Positions 8,850-18,722 are shown, numbered from the stretch's first letter. The stretch is DNA of 64,000 nt from Candidatus Berkelbacteria bacterium Licking1014_7 (GCA_007376535.1 VMGK01000005.1:2085-66084), one strand, 5' to 3'. Numbers and translations are program-made. The notes: generated by a model from the letters alone, not told the origin.

Positions 8850-8927
8850 TTGCCTGCCCCGTAAAATTTCTTAATTGCCTGCCCCGTAATCCGCCTCAGG
8901 CGGATGTGCGGGGTAATTTAATTTCTT
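8850..8927 (+). repeat. 78-bp palindrome-containing repeat TTGCCTGCCCCGTAAAATTTCTTAATTGCCTGCCCCGTAATCCGCC..GGCGG...CGGGGTAATTTAATTTCTT
   Basis: Second copy at 33737-33815 (upstream of pilB). This copy is upstream of argS. Confidence 0.6.
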
Positions 8928-9104
8928 CTCCGTCAGCTGACGGACTTCATCCTTAATTCTTATTTAATTTTGTAATAAAAAAAATATGCCAAGCAGTGGT
9001 GGGTCAAAAACCCCGGATTTTAATCCATGCGTAGTTGATTGTATGTCTTTGTTTGTTGTAGGCATATTAATCATTGTAGGGATATTAAAAATAATTTTAT
9101 AGAG

Positions 9105-10703
9105 ATGGATTTAGTTAAAAAAGTTATAGATGGAGCAGTTTTAAGATTGTACAAGTTGCGATCGCAAAAATATTCCTTGGATTATAAAGAGCAATTTGGC
9201 GATTTGTCTACTAATCTTGCGTTTGTTTTGTCGTCGCAAATTAAAGATGCGCCACAAAAAATTGCGATCGCAATTAAACAAAAAATTGAAAAAGAAAAAT
9301 TTTTTGAAAAAGTTGAAATCGCTAACGCTGGATTTTTAAATTTCACTTTATCAGGCGACACGATAATGAAAATGCTTGAAAGCGAAAATTTTAATCATTC
9401 AAAAAAAAGCGATCGCAAAAAAATACAAATTGAATTTATTAGCGCTAATCCAACCGGACCGCTTACTCTTGGCAACGCGCGCAATGCTTTTACTGGCGAC
9501 GCGATCGCAAAAATTTTACGTTGGTCAGGACAAGATGTTCAGACCGAATATTATGTCAATGATATGGGGAATCAGATTGAGACGCTGGGGGAATCAGTAA
9601 TAAATTCAAAACTCAAAACGCAAATGTCAAAACCACCCCTAAAAAATCAAAAATTTTATGTTGGAGAATATATTGAAGAAATAGGCAAAAGGATTAACGG
9701 GAAAAATGTGCAACAAATAGGGGAGCGGGGAGCAAAAATTATTTTACAGGATTATATAAAACCGCTGATTAAAAAATTAAAAATACATTTTGATCGTTGG
9801 CAAAGTGAAAAAGCATTACATCAAAGGTACGACATTGAACAAGAGGTTGAAAAATTGCGATCGCAAAAATTTATCCAAGAAAAAGAAGGCGCGCTTTGGT
9901 TTTTGACTAAAAAATTTGGCGACGATAAAGATCGGGTGCTCAAGAAAAAAAATGGGCAGTGGACATATTTGGCGTCTGATCTTTTGTATTTGATTGACAG
10001 AAAAAAGAGGGGATTTGATAAAATTATCATTCTTTTAGGCGCTGATCATTCTGGTTATATCAAACGAATTTTGGCTTTGGGGCAGTCGTTGGGTTTTAAA
10101 AAAGATCAAATAAAAATTTTAATTTGTCAGTTGGCGCGGATTAAAAAAGGCGAGAAAAGTTTGAGAATGAGCAAACGCGCTGGCAATGTGATATACTTAG
10201 ACGAGTTAGTTGGTAAAGTCGGGCTGGATGCGAGCCGATATTTTTTCTTGGAAAAAAATCCTAACACTCATCTTGATTTTGACGGGCAAAAAGCGCTGAA
10301 AAGGGATTTGACCAATCCGGTTTATTATATTCAATATGGATATGTTAGAGCGCAAAGTATTTTGCGCAAATGTCAAATTTCAAATATCCCTGCCCCGAAG
10401 CAAGCGGGGAAATATCAAACAAATTTCAAATCCCAAATTCTAAATTCTCAAGAAAAGCGGTTGGCTTTGAAAATTTTAGCCTTACGCCCTGCCCTGTCCG
10501 ACATATCCCAGACTTTAGAGATTTACCGGTTGCCTCATTTGGCGCTGGATTTGACGCGCGCGTTTAGTAATTTTTACGAAAAAGAAAGAGTGATTGATGG
10601 CGAAACAGTAAATCCGCTGAATTTGTTGCTTACTCAAAAATTTTATACATCTATTGATTTGCTTTTAGACATGATGGGAATTTCCAAACCGGAAAAAATG
10701 TAA
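9105..10703 (+). CDS. argS: Arginyl-tRNA synthetase
   Basis: SANPTGPLTLGNARNAFTGDAIAKIL (HIGH region), MSKRAGN, C-terminal anticodon-binding region. Start placed at MDLVKK (9105) rather than the ORF-track 9039. Confidence 0.9.
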   Translation: MDLVKKVIDGAVLRLYKLRSQKYSLDYKEQFGDLSTNLAFVLSSQIKDAPQKIAIAIKQKIEKEKFFEKVEIANAGFLNFTLSGDTIMKMLESENFNHSKKSDRKKIQIEFISANPTGPLTLGNARNAFTGDAIAKILRWSGQDVQTEYYVNDMGNQIETLGESVINSKLKTQMSKPPLKNQKFYVGEYIEEIGKRINGKNVQQIGERGAKIILQDYIKPLIKKLKIHFDRWQSEKALHQRYDIEQEVEKLRSQKFIQEKEGALWFLTKKFGDDKDRVLKKKNGQWTYLASDLLYLIDRKKRGFDKIIILLGADHSGYIKRILALGQSLGFKKDQIKILICQLARIKKGEKSLRMSKRAGNVIYLDELVGKVGLDASRYFFLEKNPNTHLDFDGQKALKRDLTNPVYYIQYGYVRAQSILRKCQISNIPAPKQAGKYQTNFKSQILNSQEKRLALKILALRPALSDISQTLEIYRLPHLALDLTRAFSNFYEKERVIDGETVNPLNLLLTQKFYTSIDLLLDMMGISKPEKM

Positions 10704-10707
10704 GGAT

Positions 10708-10811
10708 CACGACTGACACAAAAACTTAAATGTTAGTCCTTTTATATTTTCTTGGATAATCGCTTCTCAGCACGCTCGTCGCCCCAGCACGGCTCCTCGC
10801 TCGTCCTCGCC
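10708..10811 (+). repeat. Copy of the ACGACTGAC..TTCTTGGATAATCGCTTCTCAGCACGCTCGTCGCC... repeat
   Basis: About 90% identical to 46098-46195. Supplies the predicted start of the TIGR00725-like gene. Confidence 0.6.
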
Positions 10812-11393
10812 TCGCTCGGTCGCCGCGGCGAAAAAAACAAGGATTATCTAAAGTATAAAATTGGGGTTTCAGGATCTGCCAAAGACAATTGCGCGCCCGG
10901 TGCGTTTAAGAAAGCGTATGAAGTTGGTCGTGAAGTGGCGCGCCAAGGCGCGATATTGGTCAACGGCGCGACAACTGGTATTCCGCAAAAAGCGGCCGAG
11001 GGCGCCAAACATGCCAACGGATTGGTGATTGGGATTTCGCCCGCGGTTTCTAAAAAAGAGCATTTGAGAAAATATAAACTACCGATTGATTATTGTGATT
11101 TGATTATGTATACCGGTATGGATTACGCGGGTAGAAATTTTTTGTTTATTCGCTCAACTGACGCCACAATTTATATTTGCGGACGGATCGGCACCTTAAA
11201 CGAATTTACCATTGCTTTTGAGGATAATAAACCAATTGGGATTTTAACCAATACTGGCGGCACAACCGAAGAAATTGCGGATTTGCTACGTGTGGCAAAG
11301 CGCGGAAAAGGCAAAATTGTCTGGGACGACGAGCCAAAACGATTAGTGGAAAAAGTGATAGAGATGATTAGGGAGAACGAGAATCATCATTAA
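10752..11393 (+). CDS. TIGR00725/LOG-like Rossmann-fold protein (SLOG superfamily)
   Basis: IGVSGSA, VNGATTGIP and ICGRIGTLNEF motifs. The annotated N-terminus (MDNRFSARSSPQHGSS...) is encoded by an interspersed repeat, so the true start is uncertain. Confidence 0.5.
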   Translation: MDNRFSARSSPQHGSSLVLASLGRRGEKNKDYLKYKIGVSGSAKDNCAPGAFKKAYEVGREVARQGAILVNGATTGIPQKAAEGAKHANGLVIGISPAVSKKEHLRKYKLPIDYCDLIMYTGMDYAGRNFLFIRSTDATIYICGRIGTLNEFTIAFEDNKPIGILTNTGGTTEEIADLLRVAKRGKGKIVWDDEPKRLVEKVIEMIRENENHH

Positions 11394-11474
11394 TAATCTC
11401 AAATCTCAAAATTGCTCCGCCATCTGGCGGAAGCTTTCGGGGAGATTTACTTTTTGCTTTTTAATATAGATTTT

Positions 11475-12827
11475 ATGACCATAAAATTCCTTGGCGCTAA
11501 TCGGGAAGTGACCGGGTCCTGTTATTTATTAGAAAACAAACAAAAATCAAAAATTCTAATTGATTGCGGATTTTTTCAAGGCGGAGATAAAAGTCAAGCG
11601 CGCAATCGGCAGAAATTTAATTTTAAGGTACAAGAGATTGATGCGGTTTGCATCACCCACGCGCATCTTGATCATATTGGCAGGTTGCCAAAATTGGTAA
11701 AAGATGGCTATCACAAAATGATTTACGCTATTGCGCCGACGATTGATTTGTCTCGGTTGGTGCTCGAAGACACGGTTAAAATCGCGCAAGAAGAATTTCG
11801 CCATACCGGCGAGCATAAGATTTTTGACGAATATGATGTGGTGCGAGTAATGGGATTATTTTCTGCGGCGGAATATAATAGGTTGTTTGAGCCAGCGCCT
11901 GGTTTTAAGGTTCGGTTTAGAAATGCCGGGCATATTTTGGGCTCGGCGTTTTTAGAAATTGAAGCCGATAATAAAAAGTATATTTTTTCCGGCGATCTGG
12001 GAAATCCTGATATGCCATTGCTTCTGAGCGCGAGCGCGCCGGCGCCAGCAGATGTTTTGGTGCTTGAGTCAACTTATGGATCTGTGGTGCATGAAAGAGG
12101 GGTTTCTCGTACCGTAGAATTGCAAGAAGCGATTGAGCAAACCATAAAAAATCGCGGCGTCTTGATGATTCCCGCTTTTGCTTTGGAGCGGACGCAAGAA
12201 ATACTTTTAGCCATCAATGGCCTAGTGGAAAACAAAAAAATTCCTCACGTGCCGGTTTTTTTGGATAGTCCGATGGCGATTTCTGCGACTGAAATATATA
12301 AACGATACGCAAAAACCCATTTTAGTCGAAAATCATTACAGGATTTGTTGGTTGATAGGGATTTATTTGATTTTGAAGGTTTTAAGTATTGCGATACAGT
12401 CGAGCAGTCAAAACAGATTAATCACACCCCGTCACCCAAAGTGATTATTGCTGGTTCGGGAATGATGGAGGGGGGCAGGATTTTGCATCACGCCAAAAGG
12501 TATTTATCCGATCCACGGTCAACTTTGCTTTTTGTTGGCTATCAGGTAGCCGGCACGCTCGGCAGACAACTTTTTGAAAAAGCCCGTCGTGTTTTTATCC
12601 ATGGCGAGCGGATAGCGGTGCACAGCCGAATTAAGTCCATCGGGGGATTGAGCGCGCACGCGGACAGTATTGATTTGGTAAAATTTGCTGAAAAAACGAA
12701 GACAAGTTTGCGAAAAATTTACCTGACGCACGGGGAGTTAGAACGGGCGCGAGGTCTCAGAAAAACTTTGTTAAAATCAGTTAAAGCAGAAATTGACATT
12801 CCAAAAATGGGAGAGATGGGGGAATAA
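11475..12827 (+). CDS. β-CASP family MBL-fold ribonuclease (RNase J / CPSF-like)
   Basis: HAHLDHIG (HxHxDH) plus downstream β-CASP and RNA-metabolising MBL C-terminal motifs. Start at MTIKFLGA. Confidence 0.8.
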   Translation: MTIKFLGANREVTGSCYLLENKQKSKILIDCGFFQGGDKSQARNRQKFNFKVQEIDAVCITHAHLDHIGRLPKLVKDGYHKMIYAIAPTIDLSRLVLEDTVKIAQEEFRHTGEHKIFDEYDVVRVMGLFSAAEYNRLFEPAPGFKVRFRNAGHILGSAFLEIEADNKKYIFSGDLGNPDMPLLLSASAPAPADVLVLESTYGSVVHERGVSRTVELQEAIEQTIKNRGVLMIPAFALERTQEILLAINGLVENKKIPHVPVFLDSPMAISATEIYKRYAKTHFSRKSLQDLLVDRDLFDFEGFKYCDTVEQSKQINHTPSPKVIIAGSGMMEGGRILHHAKRYLSDPRSTLLFVGYQVAGTLGRQLFEKARRVFIHGERIAVHSRIKSIGGLSAHADSIDLVKFAEKTKTSLRKIYLTHGELERARGLRKTLLKSVKAEIDIPKMGEMGE

Positions 12828-13111
12828 TCGCAAAATTCACATAAGATACAAGAAACAAGATACAAGATACAAACAATATTCAAAATTCAAAATCAAAACA
12901 ATTCAAAATCCAAAAATATTTTTGACTTAAGATGATAGAATATAGATTTAAGAATGTCCGCCATCTGGCGGATTAGAAGTTAGAATGCGGGGGGTTTTAT
13001 TCTTTATTCTACATTCTTGATTCATTCATAAATCTTGAATCTTACTTCTTGAATCTTTTTGAAAATTGTGTCATTGAAAATTCGTAATTAGAAATTTTAT
13101 TTCATCATTCC

Positions 13112-15382
13112 TCACAAATCCACCTCATAGCCATTTCCATCGGCTAAAATCCAGACCTTTTTACCTTTGTGATCCACTTGGAAACAAGTGGGTTTTTTGA
13201 TTGCGGGAGGAAAAAGATATTGTTTTAAGTAATTGCCGTCTTTGTCAAATTCTAAAACGCGCGCTTTGGTTTGGTCTAAAATATAAAGTGAAGAAATGGA
13301 TTCAGCTGTGTAGATATCAATCGGATTGGATAAATCATCAAACGTTTTGGGTAGATTTTTAAGTCGAAAATCAGTGGCCGCGCCCTTGCTAATTTTCAGG
13401 ACTTTATTTGGTAAAAGCGCGTAAATAGAATTGTCAATCGTAAGCGCGACTGCTTTTGACATCTGGTTTGCCAGCGCCGAGCCAGTGTAGGAGACCGGGT
13501 CTTGATAATTATTTTCGTTTTTGTTAAATTTCCAGATTTTCGCATCTTTTGCTGAAAACGCGTAAATATTGTCGGCAAAAATATCAAAATCAATCAGCGC
13601 GCCAGTTTTATTTTGAGGGAGATTAAGAGCGATTAGCCGTTCGTCCTCAGCATTGAAATTGTAAATTTCTCCGGCCTGAGTTAAAAGGTAAAAATGGCGA
13701 TCGTCAAATTTGATAAGGTCTTGCCATTTGCCAGCAATGGATGGAATTTCTTGCTTTTTACCAGATAAGATATTGATTTTTATAATTTTTTCATTTTCCA
13801 AAAGAAAGGCAGAGCCCTGAAAGGTGAACATTTTTTCACCTTTTAAGTCCGTGGCAAAGGGCGTCAAATTGAAATATCTTTTTGTCTGAGTGATTGAGTC
13901 GGCTTGATTGCTGGCTTGGCTGATAATTTTTTCCGCTTCGGTTTTGTACTCAGAGTTTTGAATTTTTTGCGCCAAATTTATCGCGTTTTCAAAAAGTTCA
14001 GTTGCAGTTTGCTTATCAGATAAAATTAAAGCGGATTTTCCTTCATCTAATTTTTTTTGCGCTTGGGATAGTGTCTCGGACTTTTGTTGGCTGGCAAGTT
14101 TTTGCGCTTGTTTTTTTCTTTGCACGCTGATAGAAACGATTAAAACGAAAATCAGTGTTACGGCGCATATCACAATCATTAACGGTCGTTTTTTGCTGGA
14201 TGAGTAATTTTTTCTAAAAAAATACCAAGCATTGTCGATTTTGATAATTACTTTTTTAATTGTTTGGTTGGCGGTTCTGACAATTTTTTTTGCGCTTGAT
14301 GTATGCTCATTTCTGTAATCATTGATGGTATAAATCGAGCGACCGATAAATGAATCGTTTTTGGTTGACGCGATTTCTGCCCCGTCCTTTTTAATTTTAA
14401 CTAAATTATCTCCAATAAATTTTTTGGCGCCGCCGCCGGTTTTTTGAATGATGGGTTTGGCTTTTTGAAAATATTCGCGCGATAATTGCCGAGAACGGTC
14501 TGACGCGGTTTTTAGAAATTTTTTACTTTGGGGAAGGTAGCGCGTTTTTGTCTTATTGATGCTGGCTTTGAGGTACTGATGGGTGTTTTGTCCGGTTTTC
14601 TTAACCCAGGGCAAAATATATTTTTTAGAAAATTTTATTGCTTGGCTCAACGCTGAGGCGGATTGTTTATCAACCGTCAGTTGAATATCTTGCACGGCTT
14701 GGTTTTCTACCGGGATTTCGACATTAAGAGTAAAAAAAGCGATCGCTTTGTCGCGCGTTTTTTTGAAGAAAGTAAAAATGTTTTCGCCTGCTTCAATAAA
14801 GTTTTGATTTGCGAAAAATTGCTTGACGATTTGCGAGGATAAGTGATTAAGCGCTTGAGAGTTGGCAAAAATTAATAAGTCGTTTGCATCAATGGAACCA
14901 GATGTGATATTAGAAAAGGTTTTAAGCGGATGGGGTCCGATAATTTGAATTTTTGAGTCAACAATTTCTGAAATTTTGTCATTGCGAATCAGCCAGGTCT
15001 TGATTTTTCCCGAGGTAGCAAGGTGTACTTGGTTTTGGATAGATAAGCAAAATATTGCGTTGAGGTTGCCGATCCAGCTGGTTTCGCCGTTTTGGCTGAT
15101 ATGCGCCAATGTTTCGTTAACTGACTTGAGCGCTTGTTCAAAATTCTGCAAATCAGAGGTGGATTCGCCAGAATAATAGGCGCGTTTTAGGGTATTAAGT
15201 ATGGTCTGTCCGATTTGGCGGTGGATTGAAGTGGCTTGCAAAATTTCTAACAAAACATAGATTTTGCCCATTTCCTGATGAATTTTGTCAGGCGATTCTA
15301 AAATTTGAGCCGTGATAAAACGCCCGGGAATTTGTCCAGAGTGTAAAATTTTGAGCGAGTTGAGGGTGAGGTTTTTGAGCAT
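13112..15382 (-). CDS. Large hypothetical membrane-anchored protein (single mid-protein TM, coiled coil, C-terminal β-propeller-like repeats)
   Basis: TM segment RPLMIVICAVTLIFVLIVSISV. Repetitive β-strand-rich C-terminus. No confident family. Confidence 0.45.
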   Translation of the reverse strand: MLKNLTLNSLKILHSGQIPGRFITAQILESPDKIHQEMGKIYVLLEILQATSIHRQIGQTILNTLKRAYYSGESTSDLQNFEQALKSVNETLAHISQNGETSWIGNLNAIFCLSIQNQVHLATSGKIKTWLIRNDKISEIVDSKIQIIGPHPLKTFSNITSGSIDANDLLIFANSQALNHLSSQIVKQFFANQNFIEAGENIFTFFKKTRDKAIAFFTLNVEIPVENQAVQDIQLTVDKQSASALSQAIKFSKKYILPWVKKTGQNTHQYLKASINKTKTRYLPQSKKFLKTASDRSRQLSREYFQKAKPIIQKTGGGAKKFIGDNLVKIKKDGAEIASTKNDSFIGRSIYTINDYRNEHTSSAKKIVRTANQTIKKVIIKIDNAWYFFRKNYSSSKKRPLMIVICAVTLIFVLIVSISVQRKKQAQKLASQQKSETLSQAQKKLDEGKSALILSDKQTATELFENAINLAQKIQNSEYKTEAEKIISQASNQADSITQTKRYFNLTPFATDLKGEKMFTFQGSAFLLENEKIIKINILSGKKQEIPSIAGKWQDLIKFDDRHFYLLTQAGEIYNFNAEDERLIALNLPQNKTGALIDFDIFADNIYAFSAKDAKIWKFNKNENNYQDPVSYTGSALANQMSKAVALTIDNSIYALLPNKVLKISKGAATDFRLKNLPKTFDDLSNPIDIYTAESISSLYILDQTKARVLEFDKDGNYLKQYLFPPAIKKPTCFQVDHKGKKVWILADGNGYEVDL

Positions 15383-15478
15383 AATAATCAAATCAAAAGT
15401 TATAAGTCCCCGAAGACAATGTGCTATCACTTGGCTTCAATCCTACGGATTGTAAAATTTTTGTAGCATTCATAGTTT

Positions 15479-16066
15479 TTATTTCTCCCAAATTATATGG
15501 CAGTTGATATTGTGTTTCTCATAATCTTTTAATACATCGGCGCAAAAATCCATCAACTCCTTATTTTTCTCGCTTTTGGCCAATTCATATAAACGAATAA
15601 ACATCTTTTTACCAGTTTCGGTCTGTTTGAGGTGTTTTTTAATAAAGTTGTGTTGAGCACATAAGGTCTGTCCATTTTCAACTATTGCTTTACCGCCTTC
15701 ATATCTTGATTTAATGTGATCAACTTGTAACTCAACTCCATCCTCTCTGCCTCGTCCACACAGGACACATTTATAGTCATCTCGTTTTAAGATAAATTCT
15801 TTTTGTTCAGGTGTAAAATCCTCTAAAATTCGTTGATTGACCATTTCGGGATCATATCTATATATTCCCTTATTTACTTTAACCAAAAAACCAACTTCGT
15901 GAAGATTTCTAATTGATCGCCAGGTATCTCTCGGTTTTTTATTATAAAGCCGCATGTACTTTGCTTCAACCCAATCAACAACTGGACCGTGTGGCATATC
16001 CTCTTTTGGATGTGCCTTGAAGTATTCAATAAGCAGGTCTCGTATTGATTTGTTTTTCTTTTTCAT
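15479..16066 (-). CDS. HNH endonuclease (probable restriction endonuclease partner of the adjacent methyltransferase)
   Basis: CVLCGRG...ELQVDHIKSRYEGG...NGQTLCAQHN (HNH with zinc-finger cysteines). Start at MKKKNK. Confidence 0.7.
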   Translation of the reverse strand: MKKKNKSIRDLLIEYFKAHPKEDMPHGPVVDWVEAKYMRLYNKKPRDTWRSIRNLHEVGFLVKVNKGIYRYDPEMVNQRILEDFTPEQKEFILKRDDYKCVLCGRGREDGVELQVDHIKSRYEGGKAIVENGQTLCAQHNFIKKHLKQTETGKKMFIRLYELAKSEKNKELMDFCADVLKDYEKHNINCHIIWEK

Positions 16067-16074
16067 AGTTATTA

Positions 16075-16914
16075 TTAAGTTAATAAATTTGGTTGATCTA
16101 TTTTTGCTTCTACCCGTAATCGCCTGATTGCTAAATCGCAATATTCTTTGTCAATATCAACACCAATTCCTTTTCTGTTGTGCAAATATGAAGCAATAAG
16201 CGTTGTTCCGCTACCCAAAAATGGGTCCAAAACTGTATCACCAATAAAACTAAATAATTTTATACATCGTCTCGGCAATTCAACCGGAAATGGCGCAGGA
16301 TGTCCGCCCGCCCCCTTTTTACTTTGGCCGGAGAATGTCCAAACACCATTTGTCCAATCCATAAATTCCTGCTTTGTAATGTCATTTTTCCTACTCCCGC
16401 CAGTTTTTTTCCAGCTGTCTTTATATAAAACTAAAATCAATTCAACAGGGGCAATGACATAAGGAGCTGAGGCAGACATATATGAACCCCAAGCGGTGCG
16501 GCGAGAAATATTTCCCTCGTTCCAGATAATCGTTGAGTGATATTTCCAGCCAATATCTTTTGCGATTTTTGTAATATCAGCGCCGACTGATTTTTGGCCA
16601 CCTTTATTTTTATCAAGAGGAATATTTAGCAAAAATCGTCCTTCCTTTTTTGCTAAATCAAAACATTTCTTAATCCATTTTTTGGTAAATTCTAAATAGT
16701 CTTCGTAAGTCAAATTGTCAGCGTGGGAATTGTAATGAATGTCAACATTATAAGGCGGTGAAGTAATAATTAGATCAACTGAATTTCCGGGTATGGCTGT
16801 AATCTTCAAAATATCGGCTTTGAAAATAGAAATTCCGTCTTTTTCAAAATATGGTTTTTGAGATTTCATCTCATCAATATTGCTAACTTGTTTTTCCGCC
16901 ATTATATTTTGCAT
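16075..16914 (-). CDS. β-class N4-cytosine/N6-adenine DNA methyltransferase
   Basis: Motif IV IITSPPYN near the N-terminus and motif I DPFLGSGTT near the C-terminus (N6_N4_Mtase order). Confidence 0.85.
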   Translation of the reverse strand: MQNIMAEKQVSNIDEMKSQKPYFEKDGISIFKADILKITAIPGNSVDLIITSPPYNVDIHYNSHADNLTYEDYLEFTKKWIKKCFDLAKKEGRFLLNIPLDKNKGGQKSVGADITKIAKDIGWKYHSTIIWNEGNISRRTAWGSYMSASAPYVIAPVELILVLYKDSWKKTGGSRKNDITKQEFMDWTNGVWTFSGQSKKGAGGHPAPFPVELPRRCIKLFSFIGDTVLDPFLGSGTTLIASYLHNRKGIGVDIDKEYCDLAIRRLRVEAKIDQPNLLT

Positions 16915-17204
16915 AAAATTTTTGTGATAAGCACAGCAACAGGGTTTATATCAATAGCAATTGATGGTCGTCCCATTACTTTTGATTCAACAAGCGTTGT
17001 GCCGCAACCACCAAATGGATCAACAATAGAATCACCCTCTCGCGTATATTTTTCCGCTAAGCGAGAGACAATTTGCGGAATAAACTTTGCGGGGTAGCGA
17101 TGATAGCCGTGCGTGATATACGTCGTGTCCTTCCTTGTTTTATCGGAAAAAGACCACGAATAATCAATTTTTGTCTTTGCGAGTAATGTTGTTATTTGTC
17201 TCAT
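16902..17204 (-). pseudogene. C-terminal fragment of an N6_N4 DNA methyltransferase (AdoMet-binding half only)
   Basis: HRYPAKFIPQIV...DSIVDPFGGCGTT...IAIDINP corresponds to the last ~100 aa of the N6_N4_Mtase domain. No DPPY motif. Confidence 0.5.
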
Positions 17205-17300
17205 AGCTTTTTTTTGTTAATTCCTCAATTTTCAAAATGTCTGAATTGGTCGCCTTTCGACTTGGCTCAAGGCGACTCTGAGATTGTCGTCTGGTCGTAA

Positions 17301-17313
17301 TTACTGAACGAAG
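17301..17313 (+). repeat. Left arm of a 13-bp inverted repeat TTACTGAACGAAG (partner at 18708-18720, next to tRNA-Pro)
   Basis: Exact 13-mer with extended 17/19 match. The two arms bracket the MTase fragment and the Bro-N gene. Confidence 0.5.
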
Positions 17314-17378
17314 CTCGAACCCCTTTCCTTTTTGCCCGCCCTCGCTTTCCGATTCCGATTTTACCGCCGCCGGAATCC

Positions 17379-17723
17379 TTATATCACTTGTAATTCCATC
17401 TGTAAATTTTTTCTCTCCGCTTTCCCCGTCTTAAACAAATTCGCTTTTTCATCCAATTCTTTTATTCTTCTTTCGGAAATTTTGACATACTTTTCGTTAG
17501 TATCAATTCCAATATTTTTTTCCCCTAACTTTTTTGCTGCCACAGCAGTTGTTCCGCTACCCATAAACGGATCAAAAACTAAATCACCCTTATTGCTTGC
17601 GGAAAGTAAAACTTGCTGAATTAACTTGAGCGGTTTTTGCGTTGGATGTGCTTTTATTCCATTTTCATCTCTTAATCTTTCTTGCCCTCTATACACACCA
17701 AAAACCCAATCAGTATCTTTCAT
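17379..17723 (-). CDS. Stand-alone C-terminal half of an N6_N4 DNA methyltransferase (HPTQKP...DPFMGSGTT)
   Basis: AHPTQKPLKLIQQVLLSASNKGDLVFDPFMGSGTTAVAAKKLGEKNIGIDTNEKY. The catalytic DPPY half is absent. 4-nt overlap with the upstream Bro-N gene. Confidence 0.5.
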   Translation of the reverse strand: MKDTDWVFGVYRGQERLRDENGIKAHPTQKPLKLIQQVLLSASNKGDLVFDPFMGSGTTAVAAKKLGEKNIGIDTNEKYVKISERRIKELDEKANLFKTGKAERKNLQMELQVI

Positions 17724-18562
17724 TTGTTATTCAAGTTTTTTCTTCTCTTTGCTTTCAGTAAATAATTTTTATTCGTCGGAACTTTTTTACCGCTTTTTCT
17801 TTCCAAATCTTTTCGTGCTTTGCCGGCTACACTTCCGCCTTCTTGCGCAACAATTTTATTTTCATTAAAACCTTGGGCATTTTTATTTTGAGCAATTTCC
17901 GTTGTTGACGCCTCTCCGAGCATTGAAAAAATTAACTCCAAATCATTCATATGATCTCGTAAATTCTCTCGCTTGAGTCCTTTGAATTTCTGATATTCGC
18001 TCGGCGTCATTCCAAAAGTTGCTTCGGAAATTTCAGCGGTTAAAATCGCGTATTCTTGGCCTTCCCTTACATCTCGTTTTTTCCATTCATTAGTCAGTGT
18101 TTCGCGAACTTCAATACCTCGCATCCTTTTTTCTATCCATGTATCAGAATATCCTTTGGCTTTATAAAGAGCTCGGGTTCTCTTAGTGGCTAACTCGGGG
18201 TCTTCAATTTCCTGTATTCTTTCATAGCCAACTCGAGCCAACCAACGTTTAAACGGTTCAGCTTTTGGCGACGGAATTGATTGAATAATGCGGAAAATGC
18301 CTTCCGTATTAGCGCTGGTTATCTTTCTTTTTTTGCCATCTTTAGCCACCATCTCAAGGAGGGGACAATTTGTCCCCCAGTAGACATTTAGCTCTTTGTC
18401 TCTCTTTCTCATCTTTTTTATATAATCTCTAACATCTACTGTATCGGTGAGCGCCCCAACTACATCCGCAACCGAAAACCACCATTCGTTTTTATGAATG
18501 ATTTTGCGAATTTCCTTTTTTTGGAAAATGGCAATTTTTGTAGTCGTAATTTTTCTGTTCAT
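17720..18562 (-). CDS. Bro-N domain protein (DinD / phage antirepressor-like)
   Basis: EWWFSVADVVGAL Bro-N signature. The C-terminal part resembles DNA-damage-inducible protein D. Confidence 0.55.
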   Translation of the reverse strand: MNRKITTTKIAIFQKKEIRKIIHKNEWWFSVADVVGALTDTVDVRDYIKKMRKRDKELNVYWGTNCPLLEMVAKDGKKRKITSANTEGIFRIIQSIPSPKAEPFKRWLARVGYERIQEIEDPELATKRTRALYKAKGYSDTWIEKRMRGIEVRETLTNEWKKRDVREGQEYAILTAEISEATFGMTPSEYQKFKGLKRENLRDHMNDLELIFSMLGEASTTEIAQNKNAQGFNENKIVAQEGGSVAGKARKDLERKSGKKVPTNKNYLLKAKRRKNLNNK

Positions 18563-18707
18563 AAAATTAAAATTTTAGTTTTTCTAACTCTAATCTCTTG
18601 TTGTAATAATTTATAATCTCATCATAATCTTTTACAACAAAACGATCTTCCAAAATTGAATAGGGTTCTCGCTCAAAATAGGTTCCCTCCAAAGGCGGGC
18701 AGGCGAT

Positions 18708-18720
18708 CTTCGTTCAGTAA
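18708..18720 (-). repeat. Right arm of the 13-bp inverted repeat TTACTGAACGAAG, immediately 3' of tRNA-Pro
   Basis: Reverse complement of 17301-17313. Confidence 0.5.
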
Positions 18721-18722
18721 AT

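Noticed and set aside
9039-9104. N-terminal 22-aa extension of argS in the ORF track (MYVFVCCRHINHC...)
   Set aside because: Cys/His-rich junk lying in REP-containing sequence. A conserved start at MDLVKK fits ArgRS N-termini better.
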